A DNA stretch of 47,559 bases from Rhodospirillales bacterium (GTDB lineage Bacteria > Pseudomonadota > Alphaproteobacteria > Bin95), in NCBI GenBank assembly GCA_038143065.1, contig JAYQLI010000021.1:1-47559 (forward strand), in the 5' to 3' direction. The position numbers were made by a program, and so were the translations under genes. The notes below the pieces were generated by a model. It searched no databases. It was given only the letters and a program-made list of their open reading frames with translations, and was not told the origin of the DNA. Positions 9,418 through 21,960 of this stretch are shown piece by piece. The number at the start of each line of letters is the position of its first letter. Position 1 is the first letter of the stretch.

Positions 9418-9916
9418 TAAGCCAAAATGGTATGTTGCCCAGATTAAGGTCAATGGTTTTGAGCGCGCCGTGGCCAATTTGGCGCGGCAAGGGTTTTTGA
9501 CTTTCAGCCCCATGCAAAAAAAGACCGTGCGCCACGCGCGCCAACTGAAAAATGTTTTGCGGCCAGTCTTTCCGGGCTATTTATTTGTGCAATTTGGCGC
9601 CGAGCGCGGCGACTGGCGCAAAATCAATTCCACTTTTGGTGTCGCGCGACTGGTCAGTTTTGAGAAATCAGCGCCGGCACCGGTGCCCGATAGTTTGATT
9701 GCCGGCTTGCGGGCCCGATGCGACGCCCAAGATTGTTTGCGGGCTCCCGATGATTTGAAAATCGGCGAAAAGGTGAGAATGGTAGCAGGCGCATTTGCCG
9801 GATTTGTCGGTGAGGTCGAAAATCTCATCGGCGAGGAGCGCATTCGCCTGCTCTATGAATTTATGGGCCAAAAAAGCCGCATAGATATCGGAAAGGGCGA
9901 TCTAGAAAAACTATGA
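9401..9916 (+). CDS. rfaH: RfaH-like NusG-paralog transcription antiterminator
   Basis: NGN domain ('WYVAQ', 'ANLARQGF', 'PVFPGYLFV', 'INSTFGV') and KOW domain ('GEKVRMVAGAFAGF'). Confidence 0.88.
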   Translation: MTPQIDKPKWYVAQIKVNGFERAVANLARQGFLTFSPMQKKTVRHARQLKNVLRPVFPGYLFVQFGAERGDWRKINSTFGVARLVSFEKSAPAPVPDSLIAGLRARCDAQDCLRAPDDLKIGEKVRMVAGAFAGFVGEVENLIGEERIRLLYEFMGQKSRIDIGKGDLEKL

Positions 9917-9974
9917 TGTCGCCAACTGCCCTTATGAGACTTGAGATAACAGTTACCGTGGAGAACACTGAATA

Positions 9975-11093
9975 ATGAAAAAGCTCTCATTACGGGCGTC
10001 ACAGGCCAGGATGGGTCTTATCTCGCTGAATTCCTACTCGAAAAGGGATATGAGGTTCACGGCATTAAGCGTCGCTCGTCGCTGTTCAATACGCAGCGTG
10101 TCGACCACATTTACGAAGACCCGCATGTCGAGCACCAGAGGTTTAAACTTCACTATGGTGACTTAAGTGATACCAGTAATGTAATCCGACTGCTGAGTGA
10201 GATTGAGCCCGATGAGGTTTACAATCTGGGTGCGCAAAGCCATGTGGCGGTAAGTTTTGAAAGCCCAGAATATACAGTTGAAGTTGACGGTGTTGGGACA
10301 CTGCGCATGCTTGAAGGTATTCGTATTCTGGGCCTTGAGAAGAAGACAAAATTTTATCAGGCATCAACTTCAGAGCTTTACGGTTTGGTCCAGGAGACAC
10401 CGCAAAAAGAAACCACGCCGTTTTATCCGCGCTCGCCCTATGCGGCTGCTAAGCTTTATTCTTACTGGATTACAGTTAACTATCGCGAATCCTATGACAT
10501 GTTTGCCTGCAACGGGATCCTCTTTAATCACGAGAGCCCGCGCCGCGGTGAGACATTCGTAACCCGGAAAATAACACGCGGCCTCGCCAATATCGCTATG
10601 GGCCTCGAGGGCTGCCTCTATATGGGTAATATTGATGCGTTTCGCGATTGGGGCCATGCCAAAGACTATGTGCGCATGCAGTGGATGATGCTGCAGCAAG
10701 ATGAACCTCATGATTTTGTTATCGCGACGGGCAAACAATATTCGGTTCGAGAATTTATTGATTGGTCGGCCAAGGCGCTCGGCATAACGCTTGAGTTTAA
10801 AGGCTCTGGCGTCGATGAGGTCGGCGTTGTGGCGGCAATTGACGGCGATAAGGCGCCGAACCTAAAAGTCGGACAAGAAATTGTTCGTATCGATCCTCGA
10901 TATTTCCGTCCGGCTGAAGTCGAGACGCTGTTGGGTGACCCTAGTAAGGCCAAGGAAATGCTTGGCTGGGAGCCGCAAATATCCGTCCAAGAAATGTGCC
11001 AGGAAATGGTTGAGGGAAGACTATAAGACCGCGCAGCGTTATCGCTTGCTTATAGATAATGGCTTTGAGATGCCAATACCGACGGAAAACTAA
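9975..11093 (+). CDS. gmd: GDP-mannose 4,6-dehydratase (frameshifts near both ends)
   Basis: '[13 protein letters not shown]' after a shift at ~9982, then '[11 protein letters not shown]', '[17 protein letters not shown]' and 'RDWGHAKDY'. Confidence 0.95.
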
Positions 11094-12062
11094 TGAGTGC
11101 ACGTAAGATATTTGTCGCCGGCCACAATGGCATGGTGGGCAGCGCGATATGCCGTCAGCTCGCAGAGGATGGCGATGTAAAGGTTTTGATGGCTTCGCGC
11201 GATGAGATGGATTTACTGTCTCAGAATGCCGTGAAGGATTTTCTAAACCAGGAGAAGCCGGACGCGGTCATACTTGCAGCTGCCAAAGTGGGTGGCATTC
11301 ATGCCAATAATGAATATCCGGCTCAGTTTATTTACGAGAATTTGCAGATACAGAATAATGTTATTCACGGAAGTCATCTGGCAGATGTTCAAAGCCTACT
11401 ATTTCTGGGATCGTCGTGCATCTACCCAAAGCTTGCAAGCCAACCAATGGCAGAAGATGCTCTTCTATCAGGCAAGTTGGAGCCAACCAATGAGCCGTAT
11501 GCGCTTGCTAAAATCGCAGGCATAAAGATGTGTGAGAGCTACAACCGCCAATATGGGCGAGATTATCGCTCAGTCATGCCCACAAACCTCTATGGTCCAG
11601 GCGATAATTTCCATCCCGAAAATAGCCATGTCTTGCCGGCTCTAATGCTGCGTTTCCACGAGGCTAAAATTAATGGCGACAGCGAGGTCGTTGTGTGGGG
11701 CTCAGGCACACCAAAACGTGAATTCCTGCACGTTGATGACATGGCGACGGCGAGCATATTTGTGATGGGGCTTGCCGAGGAAGAGTATCGAAGCCAAACC
11801 TCGCCGATGCAGTCTCACATCAATGTGGGGTCGGGAGATGATGTTTCTATTGCCGAGCTAGCAGCCACTATTGCGCAAGTTGTTGGATATGAGGGGCAAA
11901 TCGTTTTTGACGCGTCTAAGCCAGATGGCTCACCTCGGAAACTCATGAATGTCGATTTGCTAAAAAAGCTTGGGCTGGAAACAACAAATAGTTTTAACAG
12001 TTGGCATTCGGCAGACTTATCACTGGTTCGTTGATAACCAGGATAATTTACGGGCGGCTTAA
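11093..12062 (+). CDS. fcl: GDP-L-fucose synthase (frameshift near the C-terminus)
   Basis: '[11 protein letters not shown]', '[11 protein letters not shown]', 'LGSSCIYP', '[14 protein letters not shown]' and 'KPDGSPRK'. The corrected tail ends at TAA 12062. Confidence 0.95.
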
Positions 12063-13246
12063 TGGTGCAAATAACACAACGATATAAGATAACAGTTGTC
12101 GGCACCGGCTATGTCGGCATGTCTATGGCGGTGCTTTTGGCGCAGCATAATGATGTAATAGCTCTGGATATTGATGGGCCCGCGTAGAGCTTATCAATCA
12201 GGGCAAGTCGCCCGTGGTTGATGCTGATATTGAGTTCTATCTAAGCGAAAAAGAGCTCGCTGAAAGCTACGTTGGATAAGGCTGACGCTTATAAGGAACC
12301 TTACTTCGTTGTTGTCGCCACCCCGACAGATTATGACCTCGAGACGAATTATTTCGACACAAGTTCTGTTGAGGCCGTGATTGGCGATGTGCTGGCGCAT
12401 AATGACACGGCGATGATTGTCATCAAGTCGACTGTCCCAGTCGGCTTCACCCGCTTCATGAAAGAAAAGTTTAAAACGGATCGGATTATTTTCTCGCCGG
12501 AATTTTTTGCGCGAGGGGCAGGCGCTCAAAGACAATCTTCATCCGTCGCGCATCATTATGGGGGCGACCTTGAGAAGGCGCACGTCTTTGCCGGTCTCTT
12601 GAACGACGCGGCCGATAAACCGGATATTGAGACGCTGTTCATGCGCTCCACCGAGGCGGAGGCCGTCAAGCTTTTCGCCAATACTTATCTCGCCATGCGC
12701 GTTTCCTTCTTCAATGAACTGGACAGTTATGCGCTGGGCGAGGGGTTGGATACGCGCTCGATTATTGACGGCGTCTCGCTCGATCCCCGGATCGGCGATC
12801 ATTATAATAATCCAAGTTTTGGCTATGGCGGCTATTGCTTACCGAAAGACACCAAACAGCTTCTGGCTAATTATGAACGAGTACCGCAAAATCTCATACA
12901 GGCGATCGTGACTTCCAATTCGACCCGCAAAGATTTTATAGCCAATGAAATTATAAGGCGGGAGCCAAAAACGGTTGGGATTTACCGCCTCGCTATGAAG
13001 GCGGGTTCCGATAATTTCCGATCTTCGGCTGTGCAGGGTGTGATGAAACGCCTAAAGGCCAAGGGAATTGAGGTTGTGGTCTATGAACCGCTACTGAAAG
13101 AACAGTTTTTTTTCAATTCAAAAGTCACTCATGAGCTAAATGATTTTAAGTCCAGCTGCGATGTCATCATCGCCAATCGCATGGTTGACGAGTTGGACGA
13201 TGTTACTGACAAAGTGTTCACAAGGGATTTATTCGGCGGTGACTAA
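12062..13246 (+). CDS. ugd: UDP-glucose 6-dehydrogenase (frameshifted)
   Basis: '[12 protein letters not shown]' from ATG 12062, then 'IKSTVPVG', '[15 protein letters not shown]', '[13 protein letters not shown]' and 'KVFTRDLF'. Confidence 0.93.
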
Positions 13247-14665
13247 AGTCATACCCATCATTCTCTGGTGGCGCGGGTTCGCGTTTATGGCCCGTCTCAC
13301 GGCGCATGCATCCCAAGCCTTTTATGGAAGTGGCAGGCAAGCCGCTTCTGGCGCATGCGCTTTAGAGCGTGCGGCGTTGATGTCTGATGAGGCGGTGATT
13401 GTGACCAATCAGGATCATTTTTTCCTGACTGAAAATTTGCTGAAAGAGACACCAAATGCGCCTAAGGTTTCTTATTTGTTGGAGCCAAAGGGCGTAATAC
13501 AGCGCCGGCGATCGCGCTGGCTGTTCGACATATTCAAAAGGCCTATGGCGACAACGCTGTGTGTCTTGTTCTTGCAGCAGATCACTTGATTTCAGATAAT
13601 GCGGCGTTTCAACAAGCGGTTGAACAAGCCAGCGCGCAGGCGCAAGCAGGCAATCTTGTCGTTTTCGGCATTCGCCCGACTGCGCCGGAAATCGGTTATG
13701 GGTATCTCGAAGTGGCGGCTGCGGGTGATAAGCCTCAGCCCTTAGAGAGCTTTGTTGAAAAGCCCGACCGCGCAACGGCGGAGGAATATCTGGCCGAGGG
13801 CCGCTATTATTGGAACTCAGGCATGTTTTGTTTTACTGCCGGCGTGATGGCGAAGAAAATGGCGGCGCATGCGGGCGATGTATGGGCGGCGTCTGAAGTG
13901 GCTTTTAACGATGCGACGCAAGACGGCGCGGCGACCCGCTTTCAGCAGGAGAGCTTCGTCGCCCAGCCCGATATTTCTGTTGACTATGCGGTGATGGAAA
14001 AAGCCGAAAAGATTGCCATGGTGCCGGCCGGTTTTGGGTGGTCGGATGTCGGTAGCTGGGACGCCGTGGCTAGCGCACATGAGGCTGACCAGGACGGTAA
14101 TAGCGCTGTCGGTGTCGAGAAAATGCACTTTATAGGTGCAGCCAATACACATATTGAAAGTATAAGCCACACAGAGAAGGCCACCGCTGTAATTGGTGTT
14201 GATAATTTGGTGATCGTCGATACACCGGATGCTCTTTTGGTGGCCGACCGCACGAAGTCGCAAGATGTGAAGCTCGTGGTTGAGGCATTAAAGGCGAGTG
14301 CAGACGCTGAATTGACGGAACTGCCCGCCACGGTTCACCGGCCTTGGGGATCTTATGCGACCCTAAAAAACGAAGACGGTTATCAAGTCAAACGCATCAC
14401 CGTCGCGCCGGGGCAAAAATTGAGCCTGCAATATCACCATAAGCGAGCTGAGCATTGGGTGGTAACGCAGGGCAAAGCCATTGTGCAAGTGGGTGAGCAA
14501 GAATTTGAAACAGGCCTGGGGGAATATCGATATATTCCGCGGGGCGAAAAACACCGGTTGACAAATATTGGAGAGGGTGAGCTTGTGGTGATAGAAGTGC
14601 AGGCCGGCGAATATCTTGGCGAAGATGATATTGTGCGGCTGGATGATGTGTATGGGCGGGCATGA
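13239..14665 (+). CDS. manC: Mannose-1-phosphate guanylyltransferase / mannose-6-phosphate isomerase (frameshifted)
   Basis: '[18 protein letters not shown]' from GTG 13239, then 'FVEKPD', 'WNSGMF', 'WSDVGSW' and cupin 'HRPWG...[13 protein letters not shown]'. Confidence 0.93.
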
Positions 14666-14750
14666 ACATTTGGCGTGTAAGTAAGGCATTGTTTAACGGA
14701 ACCGAGCCTTTGCAGAACAACATAATTTCACATTTGGCTTCTTGTTAAGA

Positions 14751-16111
14751 ATGATTTTCACCCCAAAAAATATCAAGAGCATATTCCTAGAACATGAGGC
14801 AGTTCAATTGGTAATGCGCAATATGGGGTGGTTGTTTTTTGATAGAATAATTCGTGTTGGCTTAGGGTTTTTGGTTGCGGTACTGTTGGCGCGCTATTTG
14901 GGACCCGAAGATTTCGGTCTTTTAAGTTTCGCTTTGGCTCTTATTACTATTGCCTCCGGATTGGTTGGACTAGGTGTTCGTGACATCCTACTCCGCGACC
15001 TAGTTGCATTACCCGAAATGGATGCTCAGGCTATGTCCGCCTCCCTCTTGTTGCAATTGCTATCGGGCGTTTTTGTTTACTCGATTCTTCTAATTATTGG
15101 AGTCTGGCTGAAACCTCAAAATTCGGAGTTTCTCCTTTTGCTGTCAGTGTTGGGTCTCATCATTTTGGTCAGGTTTACTGATGTTTTCGTGGCTTGGTTT
15201 GAAGCTCATGTGTTAATGAAGCCTGTCGTGCTTGTTCAGAGTTTCTTTTTATTACTTTTTCAGCGGTAAAAATTTGTCTGATTTATTTTGATGCCCCGCT
15301 CTTGGCATTCGGGGTAGCAATCGCTGCCGAGGCTGTGTGTGCGGGGATTGTTTTGTACCCTGTCTTCATTATGAAATTTTCGAGAGAAAAATTAGCTTCC
15401 TTTTCTTGGTCCCACGCGATTTACTTGGTGAAAGAGGGTTGGCCCCTCTTCCTTGCCTCAATTTCGATAACGTTATACATGCGTTTTGACCAGATTATGA
15501 TCGGGCAAATGGCAAGCTTTTCAGAGGTCGCTCTTTACAATGTTGGGGTGCGTATTGTTGAGGGGCTTTATATTATCCCAACGATAATTGTGACCTCCGT
15601 ATTCCCCAAAGTTTTGGCAATTAGAAGTTTTGACAAAGGTAAGTTTAGCCAGCGCGTTCAAGACCTCTATAATGTCTTGGCAATGCTTTCATGCGCTATC
15701 TGCTTCCCAATTGCATATTTCGCTGACGAAATAATTTTTATCCTATTTGGTAAGGATTTTCTTGAGGCAGGTAAGGTTTTGTCAGTTTATATGTGGGTGC
15801 TCGTAGTGGTGTCGTTCGGCATTGCACGCGGTAAATGGCTTGTTGCTGAGGGATTTCAGCGTTTTTCGGCTATTTTTACTTTAGCAACCCTGATTTTAAA
15901 TGTTATCGGTAATTATCTTCTTATTCCGAACTATGGTTCAGTGGGCGCGGCTTGGGCGACAGTCTTAAGTGTTGCCTGCGGAAGTTTGCTTGTTCCAGTC
16001 ATTTTTCGGGCTACCCGAGTTTCTTCAAGAATGTTTCTTTTGTCCCTCAATCCTCTCGTTTTATACGCAGCTTATTCGAAGGTTCAAAAGAAGATTCGCG
16101 AACAGGAATAG
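14751..16111 (+). CDS. wzx: Polysaccharide flippase Wzx (one frameshift at ~15260)
   Basis: 'LARYLGPEDFGLL', 'LYMRFDQIMIG' and 'LLIPNYGSVGAAWAT', with many TM segments. Confidence 0.9.
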
Positions 16112-16284
16112 ATGGTGGAGGTATCTCTACTAGCATAAAGTCACAAAGGGTTACTCGGTTTTTGATTTTGACAGTAAATTTACATCTCGGCAGTATTTTC
16201 TCGCTGATGGGCAAGCTGATTATCTAGCCTTACCCAAAACCAACAGCGAACCGCTTGGTTGATGCCTCATAGACAAGGTTGGTT

Positions 16285-17009
16285 ATGTTTTATTCACTAA
16301 TGAGAAAAATTCCATTTTCATCATATCTAATTGGCTTTATCCGAAGGATAATGTTCAAACGAGAAATGGCAAGACAGATATCGAGAAATGGGGTTGTGCG
16401 ATTGAATGTAGGAGCAGGCGGCACAAGCTTCGCTGGCTGGGTTTCTGCTGAAAAACAACAGCTTGACATCACCAATTCGGCAAGCTTTTCGGTAAATTTA
16501 AAGGAAAGCACTATATCTCATATTTTGGCTGAGCATGTTGTAGAGCATATTTACAAACGTGATTTTAGACAATTCCTGACCGCTATCCGTCCTTTCTCGC
16601 TGCAGGCGCGAATATCAGAATAGCAGTTCCCGATGCTTTGCATCCGTCTGAATACGTCCGTGAATTGACAGAGCCCGGCGGTCTCGAACCTGGTGCCGAC
16701 GACCATAAAGAATTTTATTCTCTATATGATTTTCAGAAATTGGCCAAAGAATGCGGTTATTCAATTCAACCGATCGAATATTTTGATGACAATGGTCAGT
16801 TTCATTTCACCAGAGATGATTGGGAAAACGGTTATATTTCCAGGTCGGCTTACAACTATCGTGGACGATTCACTGAGCATGCGCGTGAAATGGAAAAGTT
16901 TTTGTCCACGACACCTGAAAATCTTCGAGGACAATTTGAGGAATCTGGTGTTTCCTATACGTCATTGATTGTCGACTTCTCACTTATTGGAGACAATCAT
17001 CTTGCATAG
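16285..17009 (+). CDS. SAM-dependent methyltransferase-domain protein (frameshift at ~16600)
   Basis: Motif I 'LNVGAGG', then 'AEHVVEHI' and 'IRIAVPD' after the shift. Confidence 0.75.
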
Positions 17010-18239
17010 ATATAATGCGGCTTTCTCTACAGACAGCAAATTTGTCACACTTCTGGGCGACTGGGCTCCTGAGAATATGCAAGTTAAGCCGCTTGGAATT
17101 GATAATCCATTAATTGTAAATATGGAGGGGCCGATATTACCTTTTGGTTCAGTCGATATACAACCTCGCCCTAAAGCTGGACCCGTCATGTCTAATCAGC
17201 AAGTGCCAACTTTCGCAAATGCTTCTGGGCAATTTATCTCTGTGCTGGCAAATAACCATTCGATGGATTTTGGTCCAATTGGTCTGTCGCACACGATTGG
17301 ACATCTGAAAGACGCAAACAGTCACTTTGTTGGGGCCGGTGAAGATCACCAATCTGCTTACCAGCCCTTAATTTTCGAATGGTGCGGCAGCCGGGTCGCT
17401 TTATTGTCTCGTTGCGAAACGCAATTTGGGTCCGCTGTGCCCGGCAATGGCGGCGTTGCTGCCCTCAATGAAGCAATTTATCAGAAATTTCCGACTTAAA
17501 GCAGGATGTTGATTTTGTAATTCTTTCCATTCACGCAGCTGCCGAAATGTGTGCTTGGCCGTCAGTCAAGCGCCAGAAATTATACAGGTCTTTTATTGAT
17601 GCTGGGGCCGACCTTATTCACGGGCATCATTCTCACGTGCCACAAGGCTGGGAGGAATATAAAGGCGCATACATTTTTTATGGCCTTGGTAACTTCTGCG
17701 TAAAACCGGAAAAATGGGATTGGCATCCGCATTCACTTTGGTCGCTTACGCCAAATATCTGGATTTCTGATGGTCGCATAAATGCTACGATTAAGACATC
17801 CACTATTCGCGAGTGCGACGAGCACATTGTCGTCGGGCCAGCATCCGATGATGAAAAACTTACTCATAATGCTTACCTAAGCGATTGTAATATGCCTCTG
17901 GCTGATGAAGAGTTGCTGCAGGCTCTATGGCAAGAGTTTTCTATCGAAATTTATAATAAACGATTCCAAGCATGGCTTGGTTTCGATATTAGATTTACTT
18001 TTTTGAGAAGCATACAGTTTGCGTTAATCCGCAAGCTCGTTCAATTGAAAAAGCTGATGTTTGGCGAGCCTATAACACTTTTAGTGAGGCAGGATTACTT
18101 GACCTATTACCATCTGTTTGCGTGCGAAAGTCACAATGACGCGATTTCGACCGCGCTGGGTGTGTTAAGCGGCGAATTGGCGGATTGCAGAACTCTGGAA
18201 AGCCAAAAATTATTTAGACGCGTTATTTCTTCTGTGTGA
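17002..18239 (+). CDS. CapA/PgsA-like metallophosphoesterase (frameshift at ~17490)
   Basis: 'LLGDW', 'NMEGP', 'LANNHSMDFG', 'SIHAAAE', 'IHGHHSHVPQG' and 'YGLGNF'. TTG start at 17002 with a GGAGA RBS. Confidence 0.85.
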
Positions 18240-18263
18240 GTGCCAACTTTTGAGTGATTACTA

Positions 18264-20007
18264 GTGAATATTGCATTTTCAATCTGCCGCGATCTTCCTG
18301 CTGATCAGAAGTATCATTCTGATGGGCATATGAAAAAGCTGGCTCAGCATTATAAAAAAAACCGTAAAAGCTTAGAGTTTGGACGGTGGTCAATCACACT
18401 TGTCGGATCATGCAAGTATGAAATAAGCGAGACGAGTTTGAGATTTTCGCTTTGCCTTGACGAAGTCGAAACGACGTCTGATCGATATTTATCGGTTGAA
18501 GTAACTACGGATTACATTGTTGTCGAAAACGATTACGTGGGTTCCATCCCATTTTACTACTCCAACAGAAATGGATTCAGTGCATCAAATATTGAAACTT
18601 GTGTGGTTAGAGGAAGCGACGCATCTCGCGTTGATTTATGCTCTGAGGCCATCTTCGGATACCTCAGATATGGACACTTTATCTGGACAGAAACTGCGTG
18701 GAAGCATATTTTTACCCTACCTCCAGATGCAACCTGCAAGTTTGATCATCTCGGCAAATGCATAGCTCAAAAATATAATGCATCTGTCTATGCTAGTGAC
18801 CAGAACCTGGGTTTGAGTGATTCGGAAGTTGCTTCTAAATTATACGATTTGAACAGTAGTTTGGTTAATCGCGCACTTAGCCGTTTCGATCAGATAATCT
18901 TACCGCTTAGCTCAGGGTATGATTCGCGAATGATACTTGCTGTAATTTCTGAAAATCAAAAATTACGTGATAAGACATTATGCTTTACCTATGGCGCCAT
19001 CGGATCAGTTGAAGTCGAAAGCGCGCGGCGTCTTAGTCGTGTCGCAGGTGTTGAATGGTCATTTATCGATTTGCCGTGTCAATTTCTTAACCGCGGTCGT
19101 TTAGATGAAACAATCGACGTGTTTGGCTCTTCTTTACATATGCATGGCATGTATCAGCTGGAATTTTTCGATGAGATACAAAAGCGGGTTGGCTTATCTT
19201 CAAATGCAGCTTTGACTTCTGGGTTTATGACGGGCGTGCCGGCCGGGCAACATAATGGGCTCCTGGGCATCTCACCCAATCCAAAATCTTTGTCAAATGC
19301 GATGGATAATTTTGCCCAAAGTAAATTTTGGCCGGCGGAGCATTTGGTTCAATTGCCAATTTTCCAAGATACTGACTTTAGCAAATCAGCAGATGCCAGA
19401 TTCTACGAGGCATTCGATCGATTTAAAGGTGAATTTTATCAAAAAGCTGTAATGTTCGATATTTGGACGCGGCAAAGAAACTTTATAAGCTATTATCCCC
19501 GAACTCTTGAGTGGGTTATCCCTGACCATCAGTCCGCACATGACGCCGTCTTATGCAAACTTCTTTTTGAGCTTGAGTGCAACGCATTTGCAGGATCGAA
19601 AAGCCGTGGAGCTAATGTTCAGCAAACATTATCCTGAACTTGCAAGTATTGTTTCTAACAGTAATGGCCTGCGTTCAATATCGAGTAAATTGGAAGACAC
19701 ACGGTATTTCATCTCGAGAGTTCTGAGTAAATTAAAACTAAGGCGTTTCATACCTGAAAATTATAGCTTAAATGATTTTGATTTTGATATTGCCGCGGTA
19801 TGCAATATTGGAAAAGAGGCATTTTCACCTGTTTTTGAAGATCACGTTGATAACGATTTAATTAGTATGTTTGGTGGAAATGAAATGTTTAACGAATTGT
19901 ATGAAGCAACTCTCAGTGGCGACGCCTTAATGTACAATAGGTTCACACGCCTACAGTCTCTTTTTCTGACTTTGGAATTGAGTTCTCGAGAGGGTGCAAC
20001 AAGGTAA
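18264..20007 (+). CDS. Asparagine-synthetase-like (PP-loop) amide ligase (frameshift at ~19525)
   Basis: Ntn-like 'NDYVGSIPFYY', PP-loop 'LPLSSGYDSRMIL' and 'FTYG'. There is no N-terminal Cys nucleophile. Confidence 0.78.
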
Positions 20008-20013
20008 TATTCG

Positions 20014-21068
20014 ATGCGTATTCTTGTAACTGGCGGTGCAGGCTTTATAGGCTCTGCTCTTATTCGATTTTTATTTTCTGAGACTGATCATGAGCTTCTC
20101 AATTTTGACAAACTAACATATGCGAGCAGTCTTTCGTCGCTTCCGGAAAAAGTAAAATGCAGTGAGCGTTATCAATTATGTACGGGCGATATATGTGACC
20201 CAATCCGAACAAAAGAGGTAATATACCGCTTTAGACCGGAAGCAGTAATTCATCTCGCAGCCGAGTCCCATGTGGATAGGTCAATAGACGGCCCTCAGGA
20301 ATTTATCCGCACCAATGTCAATGGAACTGCGATACTTTTGGAAACCGTAACGTCCTACTGGGACGCGCTTTCAAAGAACGGGCGGAATAATTTCCGGTTT
20401 CTTCACGTTTCAACTGATGAGGTTTTTGGAAGCCTCGGTACTGAGGGCAAATTTTCCGAAAAAACGCCCTATGCACCGAACTCCCCATATTCTGCGAGTA
20501 AAGCAAGTTCAGACCATTTGGTACGCGCGTGGCACCATACCTATGGACTGCCTACTATCATTTCAAATTGTTCAAACAATTATGGTCCTTACCAATTTCC
20601 AGAAAAGCTAATTCCCCTAATAATTACAAATGCCATGAAGGGAAAAGATCTGCCCGTGTATGGAGACGGTCAGCAAATCAGAGATTGGCTTCATGTCGAA
20701 GATCACGTCAGGGCTCTCTATGCAGTATTGTTAAACGGAAAAGTTGGCGAGACTTATGCAATTGGAGGCAATAGTGAAAAAGCCAACCTAGATGTGGTAA
20801 AGACGGTTTGCCAAATTTTGGACAGCATTTTTCCTGCAACAACCGGTAAATCATATAGTGATTTAATCAAGTTTGTTGCAGATCGCCCCGGTCATGATCA
20901 GCGTTATGCAATAGACGCATCAAAAATTTACAGTGAAATTGGTTGGAAAGCTCAAGAAACTTTTATTCGGGCCTAACCAAAACGGTTAATTGGTATGTCG
21001 AGAATCGAGACTGGTGTGAAGCGGTTAAATTTAACAAATATGACGGCCAGAGACTGGGTTTGCGCTGA
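20014..21068 (+). CDS. rmlB: dTDP-glucose 4,6-dehydratase (frameshift near the C-terminus)
   Basis: 'TGGAGFIGS', '[12 protein letters not shown]', 'HVSTDEVFG', 'PYSASK' and 'DRPGHDQRY'. Confidence 0.96.
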
Positions 21069-21095
21069 GCAGTTGCAAGTGAGGGGTAACGGAAA

Positions 21096-21960
21096 ATGAA
21101 GGGAATAATTCTCGCAGGCGGTGCGGGGACCCGTTTGCATCCAGCAACTAGTGTGATCTCCAAACAGTTGTTGCCTGTCTATGATAAGCCGATGATTTAT
21201 TACCCGCTTAGCACGCTTATGCTGGGAGGTATAAGGGAGGTGCTTATCATCTCAACACCGACTGATTTGCCGAGGTTTAAGGAACTGCTCGGTGATGGCG
21301 ACCGCTTGGGGATGCGACTAGAATACGCTATTCAAGAAAAACCTCACGGTCTAGCTGACGCTTTTTTAGTTGGTGCAGATTTTATTGATTGCGGCCCTGC
21401 CGCACTAATCTTGGGCGATAATCTGTTTTACGGAGATCAACTGGCCGATTTGGTAAGGTCAGCAAGTTTGTTGCAAAAAGGAGCGCGTGTTTTTGCTTAT
21501 CAAGTAAATGATCCTGAAAGGTATGGTGTTGTTTCGTTTAATGAGGATGGAATAGCAACATCACTAGAAGAAAAGCCTCAAAACCCCGCGTCAAATTATG
21601 CGGTAACAGGTCTTTACTTTTTTTGACGCTCAAGTCACCGAAATTGCGAAAGCTATATCGCCATCTTCTCGCGGTGAACTTGAAATTACAGCAATTAATC
21701 AGCGTTATCTCGAGCAAAATGAATTAGACGTGGTTACTTTGGGTAGAGGAGTTGCATGGCTGGATACAGGCACTCAGCAATCTCTGTTGGAGGCTTCTTC
21801 CTTTATTTCTGCGATTGAAAATAGGCAGGGTTTAAAAATAGCTTGCATTGAAGAAGTCGCTTGGCGCAATGGATGGATAACAGATACAGAGTTTCGTTCG
21901 ACGGGTGAACAGATGAGAAACAGTGAGTATGGGCAATATATTTTGAGGTTAATTGGATGA
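21096..21960 (+). CDS. rmlA: Glucose-1-phosphate thymidylyltransferase (frameshift at ~21620)
   Basis: '[14 protein letters not shown]', '[16 protein letters not shown]', 'EEKP' and '[11 protein letters not shown]'. Confidence 0.96.

Noticed and set aside
9781-9786. Second GGTAGC as an ops site
   Set aside because: It is only a partial match, lies inside rfaH coding sequence, and lacks the GC prefix and hairpin.
17002-18239. Poly-gamma-glutamate capsule locus
   Set aside because: No capB/capC synthetase genes are in the window and the context is a Wzx/Wzy polysaccharide cluster.
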